A DNA stretch of 64,000 bases from contig JAXMKZ010000029.1 in the NCBI GenBank assembly GCA_034370385.1, forward strand, positions 64,088-128,087. Direction: 5' to 3'. A program made the translations under genes and the position numbers. The notes beneath the pieces are model-generated. The model saw only the letters and a program-made list of their open reading frames with translations. It was not told where the DNA came from and did not search any database. The stretch comes from Coriobacteriia bacterium. Its GTDB lineage: Bacteria > Actinomycetota > Coriobacteriia > Anaerosomatales > PHET01. Shown piece after piece: positions 46,906 to 56,463 of this stretch (position 1 is its first letter; each line of letters begins with the position of its first letter).

Positions 46906-49101
46906 ATGGCCATCGCGCGCATGCTCAAAACGACGGTTATCGGCCATCGGCCGGCCCTTCGCCACACACTCGCCGTGTTCCAGCAGCAGGGCGTGCTCGA
47001 CGTCGTCGCCAATGAGTTCGACCTTCCAAGCGAGGAGATCGGACCCGAAGATGAGCGCCGTCTGCTCATCGACGAACAGCTGGCGGACGCCTCCTTCGTG
47101 CGTGACTTCCTCAGCAGATATCACACGTCCAACACGCCCCTCAAGACGTTCGTGACCGAGAAGTTCCATCTGAGCGAGGAGCGGTTCATCGGGCTCGAGT
47201 TTGACGCGCACGTACATCGCATCTACCGCGAGTGTGTGGCTATCGCTGACCGGCTCGCCGCCGGTGAGCGTGAGTGCGATCGGTTGCGCCAGTTGATTCA
47301 TGACCTCGAGCCGTGGGGCGAGTTGCGACTGCAGATCTCACAGTGGCAGGGCACCGAGAGAACCATCCTGTTCGCGGGCACGGTGCCGGCGGCATCGGGG
47401 ACCGCGATTCGGCAGCAACTGCGAGAAGCGGTCGGCGAGGTGACGGTCGAGGAGCTGGGACCCGTTGGGGATCGGCAGGCGTGGGTCGTGATCGTGTGTC
47501 ACGCGGTCGTAGACGAGGTTCGCTCGGTACTCGCAGCCACCGATTTCGCCGACGTTTCCTTTCCCGGACTCGAAGACTACCCGGCAGAGGAGCGCGCACG
47601 CGCGCAGGCTACGATCGTTGAGTCGGAGGAGGAGGCCGAGCGGCTTAAGGAGCGCGCGGTGGAGCTCGCTCAGGGTCACTATGCAGCCGCAGTCGCGCTG
47701 GTGCGGGCGCTCGAGTCCAACCGCGATTCCCTGCTGCTGCACGAGAGTATCGCGGGGACCGAGCGGGCATTCGTGTTGCGCGGCTGGACTCGAGCGGCGT
47801 CGCGCGACGCTCTTGAGGCCGGCCTTGCGCGCTTCGGGGATTCAACCGACCTTACGTTCGATGATCCGGGCGAGGATGACGAGCCCCCGGTAGCACTCGA
47901 GAACCACTGGCTGATCCGCCCGTTCGAGTTGCTCACCGACCTCTATGGCAGACCGCGCTACCGGGGAGTCGACCCGACGCCCCTTCACGCACCCTTCTTC
48001 GTGCTGTTCTTCGGGCTGTGCATCGGTGACGTGGGCTATGGACTGATGCTCATCGGCGGAGCGCTCCTCATCAAGCATCGCCTCGATGTCACCGCCGGTG
48101 TGAAGCGCTTCATGGATCTGCTGGTGATCGGTGGCGTCGCTTCGATGGTCGTCGGGGTGCTGCTTGGCAGTTATCTGGCGCTTCCCGTAGACTCGCTGCC
48201 GCCGGCTTTGCAGTCGCTGCAGGTGCTCGATCCAATCGGCGACATACAGCAGTTCTTACTGTTCGCGCTGGCGCTCGGTGTGATCCAGGTGTTCTTCGGC
48301 GTGTTCATCGCGGCGTGGTCGGCGTTTCGCCATGGCGACCCTGAGTCGGCGGTCTTCGATCATCTATCCATCGTCTTCCTGTTCGTCATGCTGACGGTCA
48401 CGGCGTTGGCGGGGGTTGCCGGTTCCGCCGATATCGTGCGCGCCTCGCTCATGCTGGGCCTCGTCGGAGCCATGGTGATGCAGGGCCGTGCCGTCCAGGC
48501 GGCCATGCGCGGCGATGGGGTGGCGAAGTGGGATCGGCTTGTGGGTATCATGTGGGCTGCGGTCTTCGTGGGCGGGATGGTCGTGTACGCACTGACCGGA
48601 GCGCTGTCAGCACTGTGGGTGGCGCTCGGTCTGTCGGTACTCGGACTAGCGGTCTCGAAAGCCGTGCGGCGCGGTGTGGTCGGCGTGCTTGCGGGCGCGT
48701 ACAACGTCTACGGCCTTACCGGATTCGTCGGTGATGTCTTGTCCTACCTGCGCCTACCGGCGCTTGGGCTGTCCGGCGCCTTGGTCGGCAGCGTATTCAA
48801 TATCCTCACCAGTCTGGTGTGGACCAGTGCTACGCCCCTGTTCGCGGAGGGCGGAATCGCGTGGCTCGGCGGAGCAGTGGTCGCCGTGCTGGCGGTCGCC
48901 GTCTTTGCCGTAGGCCATACGTTCAACGTCGTCATCAACCTTCTCGGCGCGTTCGTGCACCCGACGCGCCTTCAGTTCGTCGAGTTCTTCAGCAAGTTCT
49001 ACGAAGCCGGCGGACGGCCCTTTGCGCCGTTCGGCTTCCGGACAGACGGTCTCGTGTTGGATGCCGGCGCAGCCGGCAAGGAGGGAGGAAGGGTCTCGTG
49101 A
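46906..49101 (+). CDS. atpI: V/A-type ATPase subunit I (a-subunit, proton channel)
   Basis: 731 aa with an N-terminal cytosolic coiled-coil half and a C-terminal half of about 8 TM helices. The conserved Arg motif VLSYLRL is present. Confidence 0.9.
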   Translation: MAIARMLKTTVIGHRPALRHTLAVFQQQGVLDVVANEFDLPSEEIGPEDERRLLIDEQLADASFVRDFLSRYHTSNTPLKTFVTEKFHLSEERFIGLEFDAHVHRIYRECVAIADRLAAGERECDRLRQLIHDLEPWGELRLQISQWQGTERTILFAGTVPAASGTAIRQQLREAVGEVTVEELGPVGDRQAWVVIVCHAVVDEVRSVLAATDFADVSFPGLEDYPAEERARAQATIVESEEEAERLKERAVELAQGHYAAAVALVRALESNRDSLLLHESIAGTERAFVLRGWTRAASRDALEAGLARFGDSTDLTFDDPGEDDEPPVALENHWLIRPFELLTDLYGRPRYRGVDPTPLHAPFFVLFFGLCIGDVGYGLMLIGGALLIKHRLDVTAGVKRFMDLLVIGGVASMVVGVLLGSYLALPVDSLPPALQSLQVLDPIGDIQQFLLFALALGVIQVFFGVFIAAWSAFRHGDPESAVFDHLSIVFLFVMLTVTALAGVAGSADIVRASLMLGLVGAMVMQGRAVQAAMRGDGVAKWDRLVGIMWAAVFVGGMVVYALTGALSALWVALGLSVLGLAVSKAVRRGVVGVLAGAYNVYGLTGFVGDVLSYLRLPALGLSGALVGSVFNILTSLVWTSATPLFAEGGIAWLGGAVVAVLAVAVFAVGHTFNVVINLLGAFVHPTRLQFVEFFSKFYEAGGRPFAPFGFRTDGLVLDAGAAGKEGGRVS

Positions 49102-49592
49102 ACGAAACCTTTCTCGGTATGGGCGGTACTCAGTGGGCGATGTTCGGGGCAGGCGTGGCGGCGATCTTGGCTGGGTGTGGCTCGGCAATCGGCATCACGT
49201 CGGCATCGACGGTGATTTCGGGGGTGCTGTCTGAGGACGACACCAAGTTCGGCCAGCTGCTGCCTCTCGCGGCGATGCCCGGTACGCAGGGCATCTACGG
49301 CTTCATCGTGGCCGTGCTCGTCATGGTCTTCTTCGACCTACTCGGCGGACGCGTGGACTTGCCTGCGGAAGCGGGCGTGGCGATCTTCATGGCATGTCTG
49401 CCAACGGGGTTCCTTGGGCTTGTCACCGCGATCTACCAGGGGCGCACGGCGGCCGCATCAGCGGGCATCATCGCCGCGGGAAAGCGCGCGCCGGCGCTCG
49501 TCTTCCCGGCGCTCGTCGAGACGTATGCCATCTTCGCGCTCATCATCACGATCCTGATGCTGCTCTCGTTGCAGCCGGCGTTCGGCAGTTAG
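49098..49592 (+). CDS. atpK: V/A-type ATPase proteolipid subunit K (c-ring)
   Basis: GTG 49098 overlaps the atpI stop. Four hydrophobic helices are present, with GSAIGI and the carboxylate motif LVETYAIFALI. Confidence 0.85.
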   Translation: MNETFLGMGGTQWAMFGAGVAAILAGCGSAIGITSASTVISGVLSEDDTKFGQLLPLAAMPGTQGIYGFIVAVLVMVFFDLLGGRVDLPAEAGVAIFMACLPTGFLGLVTAIYQGRTAAASAGIIAAGKRAPALVFPALVETYAIFALIITILMLLSLQPAFGS

Positions 49593-49601
49593 GATCCAGA
49601 C

Positions 49602-50192
49602 GTGGCACTTGCTGACATCATCGCCTGCATAGAGAGCGATGCTTCGGCCGAGGCCGAGGTCATCGTGGCCCAGGCCCGGGAGCAAGCCGCGGCCCTGCTC
49701 GCCGCCGCCGAGCACGATGCCGCCGCGTCCGGTGCGGCAACACTCGCGGGAGCGCAGCGCGCAGCGGAGTCCGAGGCGTCTTCGCTCGTTGCGGGCGCTC
49801 GACTTGAAGCTCGCGACGAGGCTGTTCGCGCCAAGCGGGACGTGCTCGTGGAGACGCTCTCGACGGTCATCGAAGCTATCGAGGCGCTGCCGGGCGACCG
49901 CTACGCGGAGTTCCTCGGTGGCCTCATCGGCGATAACGTCCGCGACGGTGACACGGTCGCACTCGCGGCCGCGGATCAGCCCGTGGCCGCACAGATCAGG
50001 CGCGTGGTCGAGCAGCGAGCGGGCGCGGTGACCCTGGAGTGGGCACCAGGGCCGGCCCCTTTGGAGCGCGGCGCCGCCGTGACCGGCCAGCGCACCAGTC
50101 TGATGCTCACGCCCGAGACCGTGGTCGAAGCGCGCCGTGATGAGCTTGAGCTCACCATGGCGGCATCTCTGTTCGCACCGGAAGGGGCGTGA
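49602..50192 (+). CDS. atpE: V/A-type ATPase subunit E
   Basis: GTG 49602. The protein has a long N-terminal helix and a C-terminal globular part, and sits in the canonical operon position. Confidence 0.75.
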   Translation: MALADIIACIESDASAEAEVIVAQAREQAAALLAAAEHDAAASGAATLAGAQRAAESEASSLVAGARLEARDEAVRAKRDVLVETLSTVIEAIEALPGDRYAEFLGGLIGDNVRDGDTVALAAADQPVAAQIRRVVEQRAGAVTLEWAPGPAPLERGAAVTGQRTSLMLTPETVVEARRDELELTMAASLFAPEGA

Positions 50193-50202
50193 GACCCAAC
50201 CG

Positions 50203-51219
50203 ATGGGCGTGATCGTTGACGAGTATCGAGCCACGCGTGATGGGATGCGCTTCGGGTTCGCGGTGGGCAAGGTGATGATCCTTCAGACCCGCCTGCTTGA
50301 TGGGTCCGCATTCGAGCGGCTCATCGACGCGCCGAGCTTTGCGGAGCAGAAGCGCATACTCTCGGACACGCCCTACGGCAGCTTCCTCGATGGCGCCACC
50401 ACCCCCACCGAGGTGGAGAACGCCTTGGAGGATGCGCGGGACTCCGCATATCGGTTCCTCGACGAGGCAGGGTTGCCCCCCGCCGTCGTACGCTTCTTCC
50501 GGGCACGGTTCGACTTTGCCAACCTCAAGGCTGCGCTCAAGGCGCGATCCTTGGGCGTCGGTCTGGAAGATCTGCTCGTGGGGCACGGAACCGTGCCGAT
50601 CGAGGCGTTTGCGGGCCCACTGGAGAAGCTTCCCGAGCCCCTTGGCTCGACGGCCGCCAGACTCAGCGCAGCCGAGTCCACCGACGGCGGTCAAGCAGGA
50701 CTGCTTGGCATGGACGCTGCGGTCGACCGTGTCATGTTCTCCAAACTCGGGGACGATGCGCGCGAGGCCAAGAGCCCCTTTCTGCGGGGGATCGCCGCGC
50801 TCTTTGTGGACATGGCCAACCTCAAGATCTTCGTGCGCGCACGCGCCGCAGGCCTGTCTGTCGCCCGTGTGTCCGAGGAGCTTCTCATCCCGGGTGGTAC
50901 CGTTGCGATCAAGGAGCTTGCGCGCGCCTACCGCTTGGGTGATGCCGAGGCGTACCCCCGCCTCGAGAGCCGCCTGCGCTTGGAGGGGCGGCCGCTCTCA
51001 GGTGAGGCAGGCGTAGGTGACTTAGACATTCTCGTTGACGACGCACTTGTTGCGGCGGTGCGCCGTGAGCGCAGGCCGGAACCCGGAGCCGACGACGTCA
51101 TCGCGTACGTTCTGGCCCGCGAAGCCGAGGCGCAGGTGCTGCGGGTGGCGCTGCTGGGCAAGATGTCGGGACTCGATTCGACCGCGCTGCATCGCCGCAT
51201 CCGCGCGTCGCTCAGGTAG
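50203..51219 (+). CDS. atpC: V/A-type ATPase subunit C (d-type)
   Basis: Uses the internal ATG at 50203. The 338-aa all-alpha protein carries repeated FDFANLKAALKA / DMANLKIFVRA motifs typical of the family. Confidence 0.8.
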   Translation: MGVIVDEYRATRDGMRFGFAVGKVMILQTRLLDGSAFERLIDAPSFAEQKRILSDTPYGSFLDGATTPTEVENALEDARDSAYRFLDEAGLPPAVVRFFRARFDFANLKAALKARSLGVGLEDLLVGHGTVPIEAFAGPLEKLPEPLGSTAARLSAAESTDGGQAGLLGMDAAVDRVMFSKLGDDAREAKSPFLRGIAALFVDMANLKIFVRARAAGLSVARVSEELLIPGGTVAIKELARAYRLGDAEAYPRLESRLRLEGRPLSGEAGVGDLDILVDDALVAAVRRERRPEPGADDVIAYVLAREAEAQVLRVALLGKMSGLDSTALHRRIRASLR

Positions 51220-51228
51220 GGCAGGCCA

Positions 51229-51555
51229 ATGGCTGGAGTGGCGATCATCGGAGATGCGACCAGCGTGGCGGGTTTTCGCCCGCTGGGTTTGGCCACCTAC
51301 GCCGTCGAGGGACCTGACGAGGCGACCGCCGCGTGGGGCGAGGCGCTGCGCACCGCCCCCGCGATCATCTTCGTGACGGAGCCCGTCTACGAGATGCTCG
51401 CGGAGCTGGTCGCCGAGACGGCCGACCGACCGGTGCCGGCAGTGACTATCATCCCCGGCGTCGGTAGCGCCGGCGGAGTAGGGACCGTCAAGCTCGAGCG
51501 CGCCATCGTGCGCGCTTTGGGAACGAAGATGCCCGTTCGAGAAGAGGACGTCTGA
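51229..51555 (+). CDS. atpF: V/A-type ATPase subunit F
   Basis: 108 aa with VAIIGDATSVAGFRPLG...IIFVTE. Confidence 0.8.
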   Translation: MAGVAIIGDATSVAGFRPLGLATYAVEGPDEATAAWGEALRTAPAIIFVTEPVYEMLAELVAETADRPVPAVTIIPGVGSAGGVGTVKLERAIVRALGTKMPVREEDV

Positions 51556-51556
51556 A

Positions 51557-53449
51557 GTGTCTGAGCAGGGAAGAATCGTCAAGGTCGCGGGACCACTCGT
51601 CGTCGCGGAGAACCTCGGTCGAGCGAAGATGTTCGACCTCGTTCGCGTGGGCAAGGAAGGGCTCATGGGCGAGATCATCGAGATGAGAGGCGCTCGCGCC
51701 TCCATCCAGGTGTACGAGGAGACAGAAGGGCTCGGCCCGGGAGACCCCGTCGTGCCCACAGGCGCGCCACTCTCCGTCGAACTCGGGCCCGGTATGCTTG
51801 GCGCCGTATACGACGGCGTGCAGCGACCGCTCGACGCACTCGAGGCACAGGTCGGTGCGTTCATGGCCCGTGGCCTCGATGCCCCCGGTCTCGACCGTGA
51901 ACGTGTGTGGGGGTTCTCCGCAACCGCGGCCGTGGGCGACAAGGTCGGCCCCGGAGACGTTGTCGGCGTCGTTCAGGAGAACGAGGTCATCGAGCACCGC
52001 ATCATGGTGCCGCCGAACCTGTCAGGGACCATCGTGTCGCTCGTGAGCGGCTCCTACACGGTCGAGCAGCCCGTGGGGCGCGTGCGAACGGACTCCGGCG
52101 ATGAGGTCGACCTGCTGATGATGCAGCGCTGGCCGGTGCGGCTCGCCCGCCCCTACGCCAAGAAGATCGCCGCCTCCGAACCGCTTGTGACCGGGACGCG
52201 CGTCATCGACACGTTCTTCCCGCTGGTCAAGGGAGGAGCGGGCTGCATCCCGGGGCCGTTCGGCGCGGGCAAGACGGTCACGCAGCACCAGGTGGCCAAG
52301 TGGTCCAATGCGCAGATCGTCGTCTTCATCGGGTGCGGCGAACGCGGCAACGAGATGACTGACGTGCTCATGGAGTTCCCGGAGCTCACCGACCCGTACA
52401 GCGGACAGCCGCTCATGAAGCGCACGGTGCTCGTGGCCAACACGTCCAACATGCCGGTGGCCGCGCGCGAGGCCTCGGTGTACACCGGCATCACGATGGC
52501 CGAGTACTTCCGCGACATGGGCTATGAGGTCGTTCTGCAGGCCGACTCCACCAGCCGCTGGGCAGAGGCCATGCGCGAGATCTCGGGCCGTCTTGAGGAG
52601 ATGCCGGGCGAGGAAGGCTATCCCGCCTACCTCGGCACGCGTCTCGCGGCGTTCTACGAGCGAGCGGGCAAGGTCGAGACGCTGGGAGGCCCGTTGGCAG
52701 AGGGCTCCGTGACCGTCAGCGAGCCGGTGATGCACCGCGAGGCTGAGTGCACCCCGCAAGCAGCGACATGCGAAGTTCACGAGGGCGCGTGTCGCATGGG
52801 TTCGGTCTCGGTCGTGGGGTCGGTGTCGCCCCCGGGCGGCGACCTCTCGGAGCCGGTCGTGCAGAACACGCTGCGCGTCGTGAAGGTCTTCTGGGCGCTG
52901 CAGGACACCCTGGCGTTCCAGCGCCACTTCCCGGCCATCGACTGGCTGACGAGTTACTCGCTGTTCCTCGACAAGGTGACGCCGTACTGGGACGAGATGG
53001 TCTCGCCGCAGTTCCGCGGCCGCCGCGACCGCGCGATGTCGATCCTGCAGCGCGAGAGTGAGCTGGCCGAGATCGTGCGGCTCGTGGGCCTCGAGGCACT
53101 CAGCCCCGAGGAGCAGATTCTCATGGAGACCGCGAAGTCGCTCCGTGAGGACTACCTGCAGCAGAACGCGTTTCGCGACGACGACCAGTTCACCTCGCTC
53201 AAGCAGCAGGACTGCCTGCTTCACGCGATCCTGCACTTCCACGAGCGAGCGCTGCTGGCGCAGTCACAGGGCGCCGTACTCAAAGACATCTTCGAGTCCC
53301 CGGTACGTGAACACGTCGCGCGCGCCAAGTACCTGCCAGAGGAGCGCATCGACGAGTTCGACGCCATCATGTCCGAAATCGACACGCAGCTCGTCGGCGA
53401 CATGCCCGACCAGGGCCATTCGCACGAGCCTGCCAGGGTGGGTGCTTAG
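51557..53449 (+). CDS. atpA: V/A-type ATPase catalytic subunit A
   Basis: Walker A GPFGAGKT is present, with [20 protein letters not shown] and VKVFWAL. At 630 aa it is longer than the about 580 aa I recall for Thermus-type A subunits. Confidence 0.95.
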   Translation: MSEQGRIVKVAGPLVVAENLGRAKMFDLVRVGKEGLMGEIIEMRGARASIQVYEETEGLGPGDPVVPTGAPLSVELGPGMLGAVYDGVQRPLDALEAQVGAFMARGLDAPGLDRERVWGFSATAAVGDKVGPGDVVGVVQENEVIEHRIMVPPNLSGTIVSLVSGSYTVEQPVGRVRTDSGDEVDLLMMQRWPVRLARPYAKKIAASEPLVTGTRVIDTFFPLVKGGAGCIPGPFGAGKTVTQHQVAKWSNAQIVVFIGCGERGNEMTDVLMEFPELTDPYSGQPLMKRTVLVANTSNMPVAAREASVYTGITMAEYFRDMGYEVVLQADSTSRWAEAMREISGRLEEMPGEEGYPAYLGTRLAAFYERAGKVETLGGPLAEGSVTVSEPVMHREAECTPQAATCEVHEGACRMGSVSVVGSVSPPGGDLSEPVVQNTLRVVKVFWALQDTLAFQRHFPAIDWLTSYSLFLDKVTPYWDEMVSPQFRGRRDRAMSILQRESELAEIVRLVGLEALSPEEQILMETAKSLREDYLQQNAFRDDDQFTSLKQQDCLLHAILHFHERALLAQSQGAVLKDIFESPVREHVARAKYLPEERIDEFDAIMSEIDTQLVGDMPDQGHSHEPARVGA

Positions 53450-53450
53450 T

Positions 53451-54956
53451 ATGAGCCGCGAGTACATGACCACACGCGATATCGTCGGACCGCTGCTTCT
53501 GGTGGAGGGCGTCAGTGGCGTGACCTACGGCGAACTCGTGGAGCTGGAGTTCCCCGACGGGACCCGATCGATGGGCAACGTGCTTGAGGTCAACGAGGAC
53601 CTGGCGCTCGTACAGGCCTTCCAGGGGACCCGCGGGTCGAACCCGTCCGAGACCAAGGTCCGCTTCCTAGGCCGCGGTCTGGAGCTCGGCGTATCCAAGG
53701 ACATGCTCGGTCGCGTCTTCGACGGCCTTGGTCGTCCGCGCGACGGCGGTCCTGAGGTCATTCCCGAGAAGCGCGTGCCCATCTACGGTCAGCCCATCAA
53801 CCCGATGTCGCGCGACTTCCCCGATGACTTCATCCAGACCGGCATCAGTTCGATCGACGGACTGAACCCGCTCGTTCGCGGTCAGAAGCTGCCGATCTTC
53901 TCCGGTTCGGGCCTGCCCCACAACGAGCTCGCCGCCCAGATCGCACGGCAGGCCGCCGTGCTCGAGCGCAGCGACGACCCCACGAAGGTCGGCCCGACCA
54001 TGGAGGGCGAGTTCGCCGTCGTCTTCGCCGCGATGGGCATCACCTTCGAGGACGCCGACTACTTCATGCAGGAGTTTCGTTCGACCTCTGCTATCGAGCG
54101 AGCGGTGCTCTTCTTGAACCTGGCGGACGACCCCGCGGTCGAGCGCATCGCCACGCCGCGCATGGCGCTTACCGCTGCAGAGTACCTGGCTTTTGAGCTC
54201 GACATGCATGTGCTCGTCATCTATACGGACATGACGTACTACTGTGAGGCGCTGCGCGAGGTCTCGGCGGCGCGCAAAGAGGTCCCGGGCCGACGCGGCT
54301 TCCCCGGCTACCTCTACACCGACCTTGCGACGATGTATGAGCGGGCCGGGCGCGTGAAGGGCAGGAAGGGCTCGATCACGCAGGTTCCCATCCTGTCGAT
54401 GCCCGACGACGACAAGACGCACCCGATTCCCGACCTGACCGGCTACATCACCGAGGGTCAGATCATCATGGACCGCAACCTCCACCGTTCCGGCATCTAT
54501 CCGCCAGTTGCGGTCCTTCCGAGCCTCTCGCGTCTCAAGCAGAAGGGCATCGGTGGCGGCAAGACCCGCGAGGACCATGCAGACCTCTCCAACCAGCTCT
54601 TCGGCGCGTACGCGCGTGGCGTCCAGGCAAAGGAGCTGGCGGTGATCTTGGGTGAGGCCGCGCTGTCCGAGACGGATCAGGCCTACGTGCGGTTCGCAGA
54701 CTCGTTCGAGCGTCTCTTCATACAGCAGGGCAAGCATGAGAACCGCAGCGTCGAGGAGACACTCACCCTGGGTTGGTCACTTGTGTCACTGCTGCCGCGC
54801 TCCGAACTCAAGCGCATCAAGGACGAGTACGTGGAGCGCTATCTGCCTGAGACGGCCCATGAGTATCGTCCGGGTGAGAGAGACGCCAATATGACGCCGG
54901 GAATGCCCGCGGGCCGCGACGAGAGTGGTGGCGGAATGGTAGGAGTGCGCAAGTGA
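53451..54956 (+). CDS. atpB: V/A-type ATPase subunit B
   Basis: Uses the internal ATG at 53451 of track ORF 53058..54956. Motifs [25 protein letters not shown] and [15 protein letters not shown] are present. It has a C-terminal extension of about 35 aa. Confidence 0.95.
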   Translation: MSREYMTTRDIVGPLLLVEGVSGVTYGELVELEFPDGTRSMGNVLEVNEDLALVQAFQGTRGSNPSETKVRFLGRGLELGVSKDMLGRVFDGLGRPRDGGPEVIPEKRVPIYGQPINPMSRDFPDDFIQTGISSIDGLNPLVRGQKLPIFSGSGLPHNELAAQIARQAAVLERSDDPTKVGPTMEGEFAVVFAAMGITFEDADYFMQEFRSTSAIERAVLFLNLADDPAVERIATPRMALTAAEYLAFELDMHVLVIYTDMTYYCEALREVSAARKEVPGRRGFPGYLYTDLATMYERAGRVKGRKGSITQVPILSMPDDDKTHPIPDLTGYITEGQIIMDRNLHRSGIYPPVAVLPSLSRLKQKGIGGGKTREDHADLSNQLFGAYARGVQAKELAVILGEAALSETDQAYVRFADSFERLFIQQGKHENRSVEETLTLGWSLVSLLPRSELKRIKDEYVERYLPETAHEYRPGERDANMTPGMPAGRDESGGGMVGVRK

Positions 54957-55141
54957 GTGTCGCTCTGCTCGCAGTCGCGGCGCTGTTGTTCGGCGCCCTC
55001 GGGGTGCAGGTCGTCTACGCGCGCACGTTCGCAGCCCATGCCAACCGGACGACGAAGATCCTGTGGGGGCTCAACATCACGCTCTTGGCGGCGCTGGTGA
55101 TAGGGCTCGCGTGGTACGCGTTCCAGCTGGGGGTGAACTGA
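54953..55141 (+). CDS. 62-aa two-helix membrane protein encoded between atpB and atpD
   Basis: GTG 54953 overlaps the atpB stop (GTGA), and the ORF's stop lies 3 nt before the atpD GTG. Third-codon positions are GC-rich like the flanking genes. Two hydrophobic helices are present: [20 protein letters not shown] and [22 protein letters not shown]. Confidence 0.6.
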   Translation: MSVALLAVAALLFGALGVQVVYARTFAAHANRTTKILWGLNITLLAALVIGLAWYAFQLGVN

Positions 55142-55144
55142 GCC

Positions 55145-55771
55145 GTGGCGGGCATCCGCGTGAACCCGAACCGCATGGAGCTCCTCAAGCTCAGGCGACG
55201 GCTGGAGACGGCCAAGCGGGGGCACAAGCTGCTGAAGGATAAGCTCGATGAGCTTCTCAAGGAGTTCATGGCGCGCATCGCCGAGAACCGCCGTTTGCGC
55301 GGTGAGGTGGAGAGGACCTTGTTCGAGGCGTACGGGCTTCTGGCGATCTCGCGCGCCGAGGCGGGCGCGCCGGTCATCGCCCAGGCACTGCTCGCCGGTG
55401 AGCCCGCCGACCTGGTCTCGGCCGACAGTCGCAACGTCATGAGCGTGCAGGTGCCCGTGCTGACGCTTGGCGATGTGCCGACGGCACAGGGCTACAGCTA
55501 CGCCACGACGCCGGCCCTGCTGGATGGGGCGCTCTCTACGCTGTCGGACGTCGTGCCGCGCATGGTCGAGCTCGCCGAGCGCGAGAAGGCGATCGAGCTG
55601 CTTGCGGCGGAGATCGAACTGACCCGCCGCCGCGTCAACGCGCTCGAGTACGTTCTGATGCCGCAGCTCTCTGACGCCGTGCGCTCGATTCGCATGAAGC
55701 TCGAAGAGGCCGAGCGCGGTGAACGCACGCGACTCATGAAGGTCAAGGATATGCTCGAGGAGCAACAGTGA
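55145..55771 (+). CDS. atpD: V/A-type ATPase subunit D (central stalk)
   Basis: VNPNRMELLKLRRRLETAKRGHKLLKDKLDEL is the canonical D-subunit N-terminus. Confidence 0.9.
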   Translation: MAGIRVNPNRMELLKLRRRLETAKRGHKLLKDKLDELLKEFMARIAENRRLRGEVERTLFEAYGLLAISRAEAGAPVIAQALLAGEPADLVSADSRNVMSVQVPVLTLGDVPTAQGYSYATTPALLDGALSTLSDVVPRMVELAEREKAIELLAAEIELTRRRVNALEYVLMPQLSDAVRSIRMKLEEAERGERTRLMKVKDMLEEQQ

Positions 55772-55968
55772 AGGTCGTCGGAGGGCTGGCGGTGATCGCC
55801 GCTGGGGCGCTGCTCGCGACGGGCTGTGCGGGGCCTCCGGCCGCTTTGCCGGCCTCCGTTCTGGCCCAGGGCGTCGAGGCGGTACCCGAGAAGCATCCCA
55901 AGATGAGCGAGGAACAGCTGATGGCCTGCGGCAACTGTCATCGGACCTCGGATGCGCCAGTCAAGTGA
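55768..55968 (+). CDS. small lipoprotein-like protein with a C-terminal CXXCH motif (candidate mini c-type haem protein)
   Basis: GTG 55768 overlaps the atpD stop (GTGA). A signal segment ends in a lipobox-like LLATGC. The mature part is about 46 aa and ends ...KHPKMSEEQLMACGNCHRTSDAPVK. Confidence 0.6.
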   Translation: MKVVGGLAVIAAGALLATGCAGPPAALPASVLAQGVEAVPEKHPKMSEEQLMACGNCHRTSDAPVK

Positions 55969-56058
55969 GGCGGGGAGTCACTGCGAGGCACGGTTTGCAC
56001 GAATCTCAGCCCAGCGGTAGCATTTTTGGAATCCCTATCCCGTCGAAAGGACCCACCT

Positions 56059-56250
56059 ATGAAGAACCGCGTATCGTACCTTCTTCTCGCCGTATCGATC
56101 CTGGCCGTGAGTGCCTCGTTGGTGGGGTGTGGTAATAAGGCTCCTCAGCTGACCGCCGAGCAGTTGCAGGCCGGTGTCATCGGCAGCCCGCACCCGGTCA
56201 ACCAGCAAGACGCCATGGCGCAAGGCTGTTCGTGCCACACGAACCAGTAG
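56059..56250 (+). CDS. small lipoprotein with a C-terminal CXXCH motif, paralogue of 55768..55968
   Basis: Uses the internal ATG at 56059 after GAAAGGA. The lipobox SLVGC is canonical. The mature part is about 40 aa and ends ...SPHPVNQQDAMAQGCSCHTNQ. Confidence 0.6.
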   Translation: MKNRVSYLLLAVSILAVSASLVGCGNKAPQLTAEQLQAGVIGSPHPVNQQDAMAQGCSCHTNQ

Positions 56251-56395
56251 CCGGATAGGGCGAACGGGCTCAAGTCGCTACGGTGAAGTGCCGATTGTCC
56301 TTGTGTCAGGGACTTTAAGCCTCCTGATGGTTTGTAAGGGAATTCGGCCTCGTCGCCCGTGGCGCCCCTCCACTGACGAGTCCCGTTTCCGCACT

Positions 56396-56426
56396 AGACC
56401 CCGGCGTGAGACAATCGCCGGGGTCT
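56396..56426 (+). terminator. intrinsic-terminator-like hairpin closing the ATPase/lipoprotein transcription unit
   Basis: AGACCCCGGCG-TGAGACAAT-CGCCGGGGTCT forms an 11-bp perfect stem, followed by TGCATAT. It lies 37 nt before the cheB-like GTG. Confidence 0.5.
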
Positions 56427-56463
56427 TGCATATCCGGGGGAGTTCGTCTTCAGGGGGAGTAAC

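Noticed and set aside
52022-53242. 406-aa minus-strand ORF inside the V-ATPase A gene, representative of similar cases (36889..38169, 28543..29808, 39749..40882, 1921..2943 on minus; 43378..44523, 19175..20305, 20230..21342 on plus)
   Set aside because: All are mirror-frame shadows of confidently identified genes, with Arg/His/Asp/Gly- or Ser/Pro/Ala-rich junk composition and no family motifs.
51557-53449. Possible intein in the V-ATPase A subunit, because the protein is about 50 aa longer than expected
   Set aside because: The extra length is a loop of about 34 aa (52697-52798) plus a C-terminal tail. There is no domain of 130+ aa, no intein N- or C-terminal splicing blocks, and it does not sit at the P-loop insertion site known for VMA inteins.
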